Positions 39,695 to 53,494 of a stretch of 64,000 bases of DNA are shown here, piece by piece (the stretch's first letter is position 1; each line of letters begins with the position of its first letter). The notes below the pieces were generated by a model that searched no databases, was not told the origin of the DNA, and saw only the letters and a list, made by a program, of their open reading frames with translations. This stretch comes from Scyliorhinus canicula (Eukaryota): positions 4,762,135 through 4,826,134 of the forward strand of contig NW_024055500.1 in assembly GCF_902713615.1 (NCBI RefSeq), given 5' to 3'. The position numbers were made by a program, and so were the translations under genes.

Positions 39695-41610
39695 GAGGGG
39701 GCGTTACTCTGTATCTAACCCCGTGCTGTACCTGTCCTGGGAGTGTTTGATGGGGACAGTGTAGAGGGAGCTTTACTCTGTATCTAACCCCGTGCTGTAC
39801 CTGTCCTGGGAGTGTTTGATGGGGACAGTGTAGAGGGAGCTTTACTCTGTATCTAACCCCGTGCTGTACCTGTCCTGGGAGTGTTTGATGGGGACAGTGT
39901 AGAGGGAGTTTTACTCTGTATCTAACCCCGTGCTGTACCAATCCTGGGAGTGTTTGATGGGGACAGTGTAGAGGGAGCTTTACTCTGTATCTAACCCCGT
40001 GCTGTACCTGTCCTGGGAGTGTTTGATGGGGACAGTGTAGAGGGAGCTTTACTCTGTATCTAACCCCGTGCTGTACCTGTCCTGGGAGTGTTTGATGGGG
40101 ACAGTGTAGAGGGAGTTTTACTCTGTATCTAACCCCGTGCTGTACCTAGAACATAGAACATAGAACAGTACAGCACAGAACAGGCCCTTCGGCCCTCAAT
40201 GTTGTGCCGAGCCATGATCACCCTACTCAAACCCACGTATCCACCCTATACCCGTAACCCAACAACTCCCCCCCCCCCCTTAACCTTACTATTAGGACAC
40301 TACGGGCAATTTATCATGGCCAATCCACCTAACCCGCACATCTTTGGACTGTGGGAGGAAACCGGAGCACCCGGAGGAAACCCACGCACACAGGGGGAGG
40401 ACGTGCAGACTCCACACAGACAGTGACCCAGCCGGGAATCGAACCTGAGACCCTGGAGCTGTGAAGCATTTATGCTAACCACCATGCTACCCTGCTGCCC
40501 CTGGGAGTGTTTGATGGGGACAGTGTAGAGGGAGCTTTACTCTGTATCTAACCCCGTGCTGTACCTGTCCTGGGAGTGTTTGATGGGGACAGTGTAGAGG
40601 GAGCTTTACTCTATCTAACCCCGTGCTGTACCTGTCCTGGGAGTGTTTGATGGGGACAGTGTAGAGGGAGCTTTACTCTGTATCTAACCCTGTGCTGTAT
40701 CTGTCCTGGGAGTGTTTGATGGGGACAGTGTAGAGGGAGCTTTACTCTGTATCTAACCCCGTGCTGTACCTGTCCTGGGAGTGTTTGATGGGGACAGTGT
40801 AGAGGGAGCTTTACTCTGTATCTAACCCTGTGCTGTACCTGTCCTGGGAGTGTTTGATGGGGACAGTGCAGAGGGAGCTTTACTCTGTATCTAACACCGT
40901 GCTGTACCTGTCCTGGGAGTGTTTGATGGGGACAGTGCAGAGGGAGCTTTACTCTGTATCTAACACCGTGCTGTACCTGTCCTGGGAGTGTTTGATGGGG
41001 ACAGTGTAGAGGGAGCTTTACTCTGTATCTAACCCCGTGCTGCACCTGTCCTGGGAGTGTTTGATGGGGACAGTGTAGAGGGAGCTTTACTCTGTATCTA
41101 ACCCCGTGCTGTACGTGTCCTGGGAGTGTTTGATGAGGACAGTGTAGAGGGAGCTTTACTCTGTATCTAACCCCGTGCTGCACCTGTCCTGGGAGTGTTT
41201 GATGAGGACAGTGTAGGGGGAGCTTTACTCTGTATCTAACCCCGTGCTGTACCTGTCCTGGGAGTGTTTGATGGGGACAGTGTAGAGGGAGCTTTACTCT
41301 GTATCTAACCCCGTGCTGTACCTGTCCTGGGAGTGTTTGATGGGGACAGTGTAGAAGGAGCTTTACTCTGTATCTAACACCGTGCTGTACCTGTCCTGGG
41401 AGTGTTTGATGGGGACAGTGCAGAGGGAGCTTTACTCTGTATCTAACACCGTGCTGTACCTGTCCTGGGAGTGTTTGATGGGGACAGTGTAGAGGGAGAT
41501 TTACTCTGTATCTAACCCCGTGCTGTACCTGTCCTGGGAGTGTTTGATGGGGACAGTGTAGAGGGAGATTTACTCTGTATCTAACACCGTGCTGTACCTG
41601 TCCTGGGAGT
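39695..41610. repeat. 69-bp minisatellite (same family as 29160-36162) filling a SUPT16H intron
   Basis: Same unit; interrupted by a SINE at 40148-40500. Confidence 0.97.
40148..40500 (-). mobile_element. Full-length HE1-like SINE with CR1-derived 3' tail
   Basis: tRNA head GGGCAGCAGGGTAGCATGG at 40500; tail CCGAAGGGCCTGTTCTGTGCTGTACTGTTCTATGTTCTATGTTCT resembles the CR1 3' end at about 58997-59036; no TSD seen. Confidence 0.9.
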
Positions 41611-41628
41611 GAAGGGGAATGGTTGTGA

Positions 41629-42905
<1,277 letters not shown>

Positions 42906-42911
42906 TTTGAG

Positions 42912-43858
42912 ATGGAACAGAGAAAAGTACAGCACAGGAACAGGCCCTTCGGCCCTCCAAGCCCGTGCCGACCATGCTGCCCGTCTAAACTAAAATCTAC
43001 ACTTCCTGGGTCGGTATCCCTCTATTCCCATCCTATTCATGTATTTGTCAAGATGCCCCTTAAATGTCACTATCGTCCCGGCTTCCACCACCTCCTCCGG
43101 CAGCGAGTTCCAGGCACCCACTACCCTCTGTGTAAAAAACTTACCCCGTGCATCTCCTCTAAACCTTGCCCCTCGCATATTAAACCTATGCCCCCCCGAG
43201 TAATTGACCCCTCTATCCTGGGAAAAAGTCTCTGACTATCCACTCTGTCTATGCCCCTCATAATTTTGTAGACCTCTATCAGGTCGCCCCTCAACCTCCG
43301 TCGTTCCAGTGAGAACAAACCGAGTTTATTCAACCGCTCCTCATAGCTAATGCCCTCCATACCAGGCAACATCCTGGTAAATCTCTTCTGCAACCTCTCT
43401 AAAGCCTCCACATTCTTCCGGTAGTGTGGCGACCAGAATTGAACACTACTCCAAGTGTGGCCTAACTAAGGTTTAACTAACTACAGCTGCAACATGACTT
43501 GCCAATTTTTATACTTAATGCCCCGGCCAATGAAGGCAAACATGCCGTCTGCCTTCTTGACTACCTTCTCCACCTGTGTTGCCCCTTTCAGTGACCTGTG
43601 GACCTGTACACCTAGATCTCTCTGACTGTCAATACTCTTGAGGGTTCTACCATTCACTGTATATTCCCTACCTACATTAGACCTTCCAAAATGCATTACC
43701 TCACATTTGTCTGGATTAAACTCCATCTGCCATCTCTCCGCCCAAGTCTCCAAACGATCTAAATCCTGCTGTATCCTCTGACAGCCCTCATCGCTATCCG
43801 CAATTCCACCAACCTTTGTGTCGTCTGCAAACTTACCAATCAGACCAGTTACATTTTC
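42912..43858 (-). mobile_element. CR1-clade LINE 3' fragment
   Basis: KFADDTKVGG...EFNPDKCEVMHFG...[14 protein letters not shown] on minus; very similar to the copy at 59345-60291. Confidence 0.94.
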
Positions 43859-44035
43859 CTCCGGATCAAGTTGCAGTGAAATGCGAGGTCCTCCTATAAA
43901 TCTGTGCGAATGCTTGTTGTCCAATTCTCTCCTGACGTTGTGTCTCCCCCGTTTGCAGGATCTCCAAATCTCCTCGTACCCACCGACACGCCCCACCCGT
44001 CTCCACTCCCCCTGAGACCCATCCTCTGTATGCGA

Positions 44036-44688
<653 letters not shown>

Positions 44689-44699
44689 TGAGGGGGGGG

Positions 44700-47052
44700 G
44701 GGGGTCAGTACTGAGGGAGTGCCGCACTGTCAGAGGGTCAGTACTGAGGGAGTGCTGCACTGTCAGAGGGTCAGTACTGAGGGAGTGCCGCACTGTCAGA
44801 GGGTCAGTACTGAGGGAGCAACGCACTGTCAGAGGGTCAGTACTGAGGGAGCGCTGCACTGTCAGAGGGTCAGTACTGAGGGAGTGCCGCACTGTCAGAG
44901 GGTCAGTACTGAGGGAGTGCTGCACTGTCAGAGGGTCAGTACTGAGGGAGTGCCGCACTGTCAGAGGGTCAGTACTGAGGGAGCAACGCACTGTCAGAGG
45001 GTCAGTACTGAGGGAGCGCTGCACTGTCAGAGGGTCAGTACTGAGGGAGCGCTGCACTGTCAGAGGGTCAGTACTGAGGGAGTGCCGCACTGTCAGAGGG
45101 TCAGTACTGAGGGAGCAACGCACTGTCAGAGGGTCAGTACTGAGGGAGCGCTGCACTGTCAGAGGGTCAGTACTGAGGGAGCGCTGCACTGTCAGAGGGT
45201 CAGTACTGAGGGAGTGCCGCACTGTCAGAGGGTCGGTACTGAGGGAGTGCTGCACTGTCAGAGGGTCAGTACTGAGGGAGTGCCGCACTGTCAGAGGGTC
45301 AGTACTGAGGGAGTGCCGCACTGTCAGAGGGTCAGTACTGAGGGAGTACCGCACTGTCAGAGGGTCAGTGCTGAGGGAGTGCCGCACTGTCAGAGGGTCA
45401 GTACTGAGGGAGTGCCGCACTGTCAGAGGGTCAGTACTGAGGGAGTGCCGCACTGTCAGAGGGTCAGTACTGAGGGAGTACCGCACTGTCAGAGGGTCAG
45501 TGCTGAGGGAGTGCCGCACTGTCAGAGGGTCAGTACTGAGGGAACTCCGCACTGTCAGAGGGTCAGTACTGAGGGAGTGCTGCACTGTCAGAGGGTGAGT
45601 ACTGAGGGAGTGCTGCACTGTCAGAGGGTCAGTACTGAGGGAGTGCCGCACTGTCAGAGGGTCAGTACTGAGGGAGCGCCGCACTGTCAGAGGGTCAGTA
45701 CTGAGGGAGTGCTGCACTGTCAGAGGGTCAGTACTGAGGGAGCGCCGCACTGTAGGAGGGTCAGTACTGAGGGAGTGCTGCACTGTCAGGGGGTCAGTAC
45801 TGAGGGAGTGCTGCACTGTCAGAGGGTCAGTACTGAGGGAGTGCTGCACTGTCGGAGGGTCAGTACTGAGGGAGTGCTGCACTGTCAGAGGGTCAGTACT
45901 GAGGGAGTGCCGCACTGTCAGAGGGTCAGTACTGAGGGAGTGCTGCACTGTCAGAGGGTCGGTACTGAGGGAGTGCTGCACTGTCAGAGGGTCAGTACTG
46001 AGGGAGTGCCGCACTGTCAGAGGGTCAGTACTGAGGGAGTGCCGCACTGTCAGAGGGTCAGTACTGAGGGAGTACCGCACTGTCAGAGGGTCAGTGCTGA
46101 GGGAGTGCCGCACTGTCAGAGGGTCAGTACTGAGGGAGTGCCGCACTGTCAGAGGGTCAGTACTGAGGGAGTGCCGCACTGTCAGAGGGTCAGTACTGAG
46201 GGAGTACCGCACTGTCAGAGGGTCAGTGCTGAGGGAGTGCCGCACTGTCAGAGGGTCAGTACTGAGGGAACTCCGCACTGTCAGAGGGTCAGTACTGAGG
46301 GAGTGCTGCACTGTCAGAGGGTGAGTACTGAGGGAGTGCTGCACTGTCAGAGGGTCAGTACTGAGGGAGTGCCGCACTGTCAGAGGGTCAGTACTGAGGG
46401 AGCGCCGCACTGTCAGAGGGTCAGTACTGAGGGAGTGCTGCACTGTCAGAGGGTCAGTACTGAGGGAGCGCCGCACTGTAGGAGGGTCAGTACTGAGGGA
46501 GTGCTGCACTGTCAGGGGGTCAGTACTGAGGGAGTGCTGCACTGTCAGAGGGTCAGTACTGAGGGAGTGCTGCACTGTCGGAGGGTCAGTACTGAGGGAG
46601 TGCTGCACTGTCAGAGGGTCAGTACTGAGGGAGTGCCGCACTGTCAGAGGGTCAGTACTGAGGGAGTGCCGCACTGTCAGAGGGTCAATACTGAGGGAGC
46701 GCCGCACTGTCAGAGGGTCAGTACTGAGGGAGTGCCGCACTGTCAGAGGGTCAGTACTGAGGGAGTGCCGCACTGTCAGAGGGTCAGTACTGAGGGAGCG
46801 CCGCACTGTCAGAGGGTCAGTACTGAGGGAGTGCTGCATTGTCAGAGGGTCAGTACTGAGGGAGTGCCGCACTGTCAGAGGGTCAGTACTGAGGGAGTGC
46901 CGCACTGTCAGAGGGTCAGTACTGAGGGAGTGCCGCACTGTCAGAGGGTCAGTACTGAGGGAGTGCCGCACTGTCAGAGGGTCAGTACTGAGGGAGTGCC
47001 GCACTGTCAGAGGGTCAGTACTGAGGGAGCGCCGCACTGTCAGAGGGTCAGA
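44700..47052. repeat. 33-bp minisatellite (AGGGTCAGTACTGAGGGAGTGCCGCACTGTCAG), about 70 copies, with an internal 726-bp duplication
   Basis: 11-codon period in the ORF track; rare variants recur 726 bp apart. Confidence 0.98.
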
Positions 47053-47095
47053 ACTGTGCCGTGTATCTGACGTCTTTTTGGTTCTGCACTTACAG

Positions 47096-47170
47096 CCAGC
47101 GAGGAATCCTTGGGCAGTGAGGAGGAGAGTGGAAAAGATTGGGATGAGCTGGAAGAGGAAGCTCGACGAG
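47096..47170 (+). CDS. SUPT16H: SPT16 exon (A)SEESLGSEEESGKDWDELEEEARR
   Basis: TTACAG acceptor, GTAAGT donor, 75 nt; ESLGSEEESGKDWDELEEEAR conserved. Confidence 0.97.
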
Positions 47171-47387
47171 GTAAGTTGGGAATCGATCCTGCATCAACTG
47201 TTCACCATGGACCACATTCGATATCGGAAAAGTGTCAGATAAACCTCAGGTTAGACCTCAGCTCGAGTATTGAGCCCAATTCGGGGTCTCGCACATCCCA
47301 AAGGACATGAAGGACCTCGGTGAGGGCGTGGAAGGAGAATTCCCGGATCCGGTTTGGGGGGGGCGACAGATTTCAGTTCATGTGGAG

Positions 47388-49702
47388 AGACCCACACTGG
47401 GAGCACTGTGCACAGTTCCGGTCTCCCTATCCCTCGGTTAGACCCACACTGGGAGCACTGTGCACAGTTCCGGTCTCCGTATCCCTCGGTTAGACCCACA
47501 CTGGGAGCACTGTGCACAGTTCCGGTCTCCGTATCCCTCGGTTAGACCCACACTGGGAGCACCGTGCACAGTTCCGGTCTCCGAATCCCTCGGTTAGACC
47601 CACACTGGGAGCACTGTGCACAGTTCCGGTCTCCGTATCCCTCGGTTAGAGCCACACTGGGAGCACTGTGCACAGTTCCAGTCTCCGTATCCCTCGGTTA
47701 GACCCACACTGGGAGCACTGTGCACAGTTCCGGTCTCCGTATCCCTCGGTTAGACCCACACTGGGAGCACCGTGCACAGTTCCGGTCTCCGTATCCCTCG
47801 GTTAGACCCACACTGGGTGCACTGTGCACAGTCCCGGTCTCTATATCCCTCGGTTAGACCCACACTGGGAGCACCGTGCACAGTTCCGGTCTCCGTATCC
47901 CTCGGTTAGACCCACACTGGGAGCACTGTGCACAGTTCCGGTCTCCGTATCCCTCTGTTGGACCCACACCAGGAGCACTGTGCACCGTTCCGGTCTGGTA
48001 TCCCTCGGTTAGACCCACACTGGGAGCAGTGCACAGTTCCAGTCTCCGTATCCCTCAGTTGGACCCCACTGGGAGCACTGTGCACAGTTCCGGTCTCCGT
48101 ATCCCTCGGTCAGACCAACACTGGGAGCACAGTGCACAGTTCCGGTCTCCGTATCCCTCGGTTAGACCCACACTGGGAGCACTGTGCACAGTTCCGGTCT
48201 CTGTATCCCTCGGTTAGACCCACACTGGGAGCACAGTGCACAGTTCGGGTCTCCGTATCCCTCAGTTAGACCCACACTGGGAGCACCGTGCACAGTTCCG
48301 GTCTCCGTATCCCTCGGTTAGACCCACACTGAGAGCACTGTGCACAGTTCCGGTCTCCGTATCCCTCGGTTAGATCCACACTGGGAGCACTGTGCACAGT
48401 TCCGGTCTCCGTATCCCTCAGTTAGACCCACACTGGGAGCACTGTACACAGTTCCTGTCTCCGTATCCCTCGGTTAGACCCACACTGGGAACAGTGTGCC
48501 CAGTTCCTGTCTCCGTATCCCCCGGTTAGACCCACACTGGGAGCACTGTGCACAGTTCCGGTCTCCGTATCCCTCGGTTCGACCCACACTGGGAGCACCG
48601 TGCACAGTTCCGGTCTCCGTATCCCTCGGTTAGACCCACACTGGGAGCACTGTGCACAGTTCCGGTCTCCGTATCCCTCAGTTAGACCAACACTGGGAGC
48701 ACCGTGCACAGTTCCGGTCTCCGTATCCCTCGGTTAGACCCACACTGGGAGCACTGTGCACAGTTCCGGTCTCCGTATCCCTCAGTTAGACCCACACTGG
48801 GAGCACTGTGCACAGTTCCGGTCTCCGTATCCCTCGGTTAGACCCACACTGGGAGCACCGTGCACAGTTCCGGTCTCCGTATCCCTCGGTTAGACCCACA
48901 CTGGGAGCACTGTGCACAGTTCCGGTCTCCATATCCCTCGGTTAGACCCACACTGGGAGCACTGTGCACAGTTCCGGTCTCCGTATCCCTCTGTTGGACC
49001 CACACCGGGAGCACTGTGCACAGTTCCGGTCTCTGTGTCCCTTGGTTGGACCCACACTGGGAGCACTGTGCACGGTTCCGGTCTCCGTATCCCTTGGTTA
49101 GACCCACACTGGGAGCACCGTGCACAGTTCCGGTCTCCGTATCCCTCTGTTAGACACACACTGGGAGCACCGTGCACAGTTCCGGTCTCCGTATCCCTCG
49201 GTTAGACCCACACTGGGAGCACCGTGCACAGTTCTGGTCTCCGTATCCCTCGGTTAGACCCACACTGGGAGCACTGTGCACAGTTCCGGTCTCCGTATCC
49301 CTCTGTTAGACACACACTGGGAGCACCGTGCACAGTTCCGGTCTCCGTATCCCTCGGTTAGACCCACACTGGGAGCACTGTGCACAGTTCCGATCTCCGT
49401 ATCCCTCGGTTAGACCCACACTGGGAGCACTGTGCACAGTTCCGGTCTCCGTATCCCTCGGTTAGACCCACACTGGGAGCACCGTGCACAGTTCCGGTCT
49501 CCGTACCCCTCGGTTGGACCCACACTGGGAGCACCGTGCACAGTTCCAGTCTCCGTATCCCTCGGTTAGACCCACACTGGGAGCACTGTGCACAGTTCCA
49601 GTCTCCGTATCCCTCGGTTAGACCCACACTGGGAGCGCCGTGCACAGTTCCGGTCTCCGTATCCCTCGGTTAGACCACGCTGGGAACACCGTGCACAGTT
49701 CA
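47388..49702. repeat. 52-bp minisatellite (AGACCCACACTGGGAGCACTGTGCACAGTTCCGGTCTCCGTATCCCTCGGTT), CR1-derived
   Basis: Direct reading; preceded by a degenerate CR1 piece at about 47260-47387. Confidence 0.97.
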
Positions 49703-49715
49703 ATGTTATGTTATG

Positions 49716-49906
49716 CCTCAATGAAGGGACAATTTAGCGTGGCCAACCCACCTATCCAGCACATCTTTGGGTTGTGGGGGTAAGACACACGCAGACACGG
49801 GGAGAATGTGCAAACTCCACACGGACGGTGACACAGAGCCGTGATCGAACCTGGGTCCTCAGTGCTGTGAGGCAGTACCGCTAACCAGTGCCCCACCGTG
49901 CCGTCC
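49716..49906 (-). mobile_element. Diverged tRNA-derived SINE
   Basis: GGACGGCACGGTGGGGCACTGGTTAGC head, GGTTCGATCAC B-box, shared core. Confidence 0.75.
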
Positions 49907-49979
49907 TTTCCTCTGATGTTTCCAAATCCAGACGATTACCGCGGGATTGTGAATGGGTCCCTTTCCGTTCGTTCAATGT

Positions 49980-50130
49980 AGGTGTGGGCACAACGCTGCT
50001 GCCTCACAGTTCCCGGCTCACTACCAGTGTGGAGTTTGCACATTCCCCCCCCCCCCCTGTGGGTCTCACCCCCACAACCCAAAGATGTGCAGGGTAGGTG
50101 GATCGGCCACGCTAAATTGCCCCTCAATAG
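49980..50130 (+). mobile_element. Diverged, internally deleted SINE
   Basis: GTGTGGAGTTTGCACATTC...CCCACAACCCAAAGATGTGCAGGGTAGGTGGATCGGCCACGCTAAATTGCCCC core. Confidence 0.65.
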
Positions 50131-50704
50131 GAAACATTTTTTAAAATCATAACTCGGATAAGGTGCATCTGCAACAATTTACGTGCAGTAAACATGGATT
50201 CGCCGTCTGCAAACAAGAGGGATATGTTCAAGCCTTGTGCCTGTTTGGATTTCCCGGGAGCTCAGGGAGCCGGTGGGTTCTCTCCTCCCCCCGTCTCCGT
50301 TGCCGTCTCCATGGCGATGCTTCTGCCAGTCAGTCACCTTATCAGCCAGTCCTTCTCTTCCCCCCCTCCCCGTGGTTTAAATCGTTGTGAGAATTTTGGA
50401 TTCGGCATTCCTGCCTTTGCCTGGGCGAGAGCAAGGGCGGGACGCCTCAGCACGCATACTTCCCTGGCCGGCGCCGTTCGGACTGGGGGACACGGCCCCC
50501 GAGTGTGAGCGGGGTTCAGAAATCCTTCCGGAGGGAGTCGGGCGAACGATTGAAGCTTGCCGGCGCCTCGGGAAAGGGCCGGAGGGCGGGGGGTGCTCCG
50601 GGAAAGAGGCCGTTGTGGTCTCGACGGGGCCGGATTGCCTCTGCTCCGGTGTCGCGACCTCTGTCTCATTCCTCTTCCCTTCTCTTCTCCCGCCCCCCCC
50701 GTAG

Positions 50705-50802
50705 CTGACCGGGAATACCAAGAGGAAGAGGAGGATACCATGAGTCGGAAAAGGAAAGGACCGGTCATCCGCATCAGCAGTAAGAAGAAGAGGCGGAAAT
50801 GA
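50705..50802 (+). CDS. SUPT16H: SPT16 terminal exon (A)DREYQEEEEDTMSRKRKGPVIRISSKKKRRK*
   Basis: Long pyrimidine tract + GTAG acceptor; TGA at 50800-50802; MSRKRK and KKKRRK basic clusters as in the vertebrate SPT16 C-terminus. Confidence 0.93.
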
Positions 50803-51059
50803 GCGGGGAGAGAGCCCGCGGTGCAGGTGGATCCACACCTTCTGAATCTCAGCCACTGGCAGCAGACATTAGACTTTTTGTATGTTCCTTTTGTCAACAC
50901 CCCCCCCCACCCCCTTTTTCCAATTCCGCCTCCCTGTCTTTCGTTTTGTTAATATTTCACAGACCAACTTGAAATGTGATGATTTCTACAAGCGTGCCGG
51001 GTTTTCTGCCTCCCATTATTCCCCGCCCCCTCCCCACCCCCTATCTCCGAGGTTTGGGC

Positions 51060-51235
51060 CAGAGCTGCCTGCCCGTGTGGGTGTGAGCCTGTTTGTGCGC
51101 ATGTCTGTGTGTGTGTATGGCTTCCTTCCTGTCTGTGAGTGTGTGTGTAGCTTCCTGCCTGTGTGTGTGTGCGCGTGTGCGCGCCTTCCTGCCTGTCTGA
51201 GTGTGCACCTTCCTCAGTTTGTGTGTGAGAGAGAG

Positions 51236-51273
<38 letters not shown>

Positions 51274-51775
51274 TGTGTAGCTTCCTGCCTGTCTGTGAGT
51301 GTGTGCCTTCCTGCCTGTCTGTGAGTGTGCGCCTTCCTGCCTGTCTGTGAGTGTGCGCCTTCCTGCCTGTCTGTGAGTGTGCGCCTTCCTGCCTGTCTGT
51401 GAGTGTGTGTGAGAGAGAGTGTGTGTAGCTTCCTGCCCATCTGAGTATGCGCCTTCTTCCTTTGTGTGTGTGTGTGTGTGAGAGAGAGAGTGTGTGTAGC
51501 TAGCTGCCCGTCTGTGAGGGTGCACCTTCCTGCCTGTCTGAGTGTGCGCCTTGCTGCCTGTCTGTGAGTGTGTGCCTTCCTGCCTGTCTGTGTGTGCGCC
51601 TTCCTGCCTGCCTGTGAGTGTGAAGCTTCCTGCCTGTCTGCGAGTGTGCGCCTTCCTGCCTGTGTGAGTGTGCGTGTAGCTTCCTGTGAGTGTGCGCCTT
51701 CCCTCCTGTCTGAGTGTGTGTGTGTGTGTAGCTTCCTGTGAGTGTGCGCCTTCCTGCCTGTCTGTGAGTGTGTGG
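51060..51775. repeat. ~26-bp/low-complexity repeat (CCTTCCTGCCTGTCTGTGAGTGTGCG) with (GT)n/(GA)n, in or just after the SUPT16H 3' UTR
   Basis: Direct reading. Confidence 0.85.
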
Positions 51776-51888
51776 TAAACCCTCTTTTTAATTTATCCCT
51801 CTGTGGAGGGGGGATGTGACACATGGTCCCAGTGCTGGATGTTGGTGGGCATGCACCCCGCCTGTCCTGGCGAACGGGGGGGGGGGGT

Positions 51889-51927
<39 letters not shown>

Positions 51928-52504
51928 ATGGGGGAGGGCGGCAACTGTTGAAAGGAATATTGTTTTTCTGAGAATAGACGATATTATCCTTTGGCTCGCA
52001 ATCCTGCTCGTGTGATTTTTCTTTTTTGTATATCGGAGGGAGGGGGGATTATGTGGGTGGAGTAGGAAAGCCAAGGGAGTAAAGAGGGGTGGTATCCTGT
52101 CAAAGTGGCGGGTTCTGGCCCTGGTTACTGTAAGGCGGGGCGGGGAGGGCATCCAGTCCTGCCTCTCACAGACCCCAATCCCCTCCACCCATCTGCTCTG
52201 GCCTCTCGTCCATCCCGATTGGGAGACGGCCTCTGGTCTGGGTCCATGTACCTCGCCTCGCCGCTCCTGGCTTTTACCCCCTTTCCCTGATTTTTGTTTC
52301 CCCCCCCCCACCCCTTCCAATTCTCTCCTTTTTTTGACTTGTCGTGACATTTCTTGCTGATTAAAGTACGATTTATATAAAACCAGCCAATTGGTCGTTC
52401 TCGTCTTCCTCTAACAATGTGGGGGGGGGGGGGTTCGAATGGGAGAACTCGATGGGAGGGCTGGCACAGGGCCATGCATGTGGCATCCTTCTGTGTTCTC
52501 CGAT

Positions 52505-53020
52505 TTTGGGGGGGGGGGTGACCTTTTTTTTGCGATTTGCAATTGAACTCTGACTGTCCCTCACCCCGTTCTGAATTGACGGGTGAGGGGGTCACCTTTT
52601 TTTTTTTTTGCGAGTTGCAATTAAACTCTGACTGTCCCTCACCCCATTCTGAATTGGGGTGGGGGGCTTACCTTTTTTTTTTTGCGAGTTGCAATTGAAC
52701 TCTGACTGTCCCTCATCCCATTCTGAATTGGGGTGGGGGGGTTACCTTTTTTTTGTGAGTTGCAATTGAACTCTGACTGTCCCTCATCCCATTCTGAATT
52801 GGGGTGGGGGGGTTACCTTTTTTTTGTGAGTTGCAATTGAACTCTGACTGTCCCTCACCCCATTCTGAATTGGGGTGGGGGGGTTACCTTTTTTTTTTTT
52901 GCGAGTTGCAGTTGAACTCTGACTGTCCCTCACCCCATTCTGAATTGGGGTGGGGGGGTTACCTTTTTTTTTTTGCGAGTTGCAGTTGAACTCTGACTGT
53001 CCCTCACCCCGTTCTGAATT
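52505..53020. repeat. Seven-copy 71-78-bp tandem repeat with internal hairpin and G- and T-runs
   Basis: GCAATT/GCAGTT at 52539, 52617, 52691, 52762, 52833, 52908 and 52982. Confidence 0.93.
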
Positions 53021-53187
53021 AATAGCAGTGAGACTTTGACCCACCGAAAATAGATCTCGGAATCGCTTGGAACCCCGTCCGATGGTTTGGGAAGCGGAGT
53101 GGGGAGGGGGGTTTCTTGGTCACCCTTCGCCCGTAGCTCAGATGTCCGATTGAAGAATGACTCGAATCCACCGTTTGGAAATAGGCC

Positions 53188-53193
53188 TTTATT
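53188..53193 (-). terminator. Candidate polyadenylation signal of RPGRIP1
   Basis: TTTATT on + (AATAAA on minus), 40 nt after the stop at 53233. Confidence 0.6.
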
Positions 53194-53232
53194 TTAAAAT
53201 GCTGAAGGGAGGGGTTGGGGGCCCTGAGCTCC

Positions 53233-53429
53233 TCATACCGTTCCCCGTGCGGGAACCGGCTTCTGGCCCCCTGGGAAGGGGTTCCTGCCCGCAAGATTCA
53301 CCTGGTGACCTTCGCCTTGTGAGGTTGATCTGCCCGACATGTCAGCCACGATCGCACGTAGGGCTGCAGCGCCTTCGACAGTCACGGCCAGCATGCCAAT
53401 CACCACCGTCTCCTGTCCGGCCTCGAGGA
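53233..53429 (-). CDS. RPGRIP1: RPGRIP1 terminal exon (I)LEAGQETVVIGMLAVTVEGAAALRAIVADM...GTV*
   Basis: TTGTTTAG acceptor, phase matches the upstream exon (A|TC); IG.L.V...AA.L.AI matches the end of the RPGRIP1-family C-terminal C2 domain; TGA at 53235-53233; tail after DM is unconserved. Confidence 0.8.
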
Positions 53430-53494
53430 CTAAACAACATCAGAAACAACGGCTTAGACAGGCTGAGACAGGGGGTATCAACAAGAGAGAGACC

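Noticed and set aside
51875-51926. About 50-nt poly(G) tract as a G-quadruplex element
   Set aside because: Homopolymer length is unreliable in assemblies and there is no other supporting context
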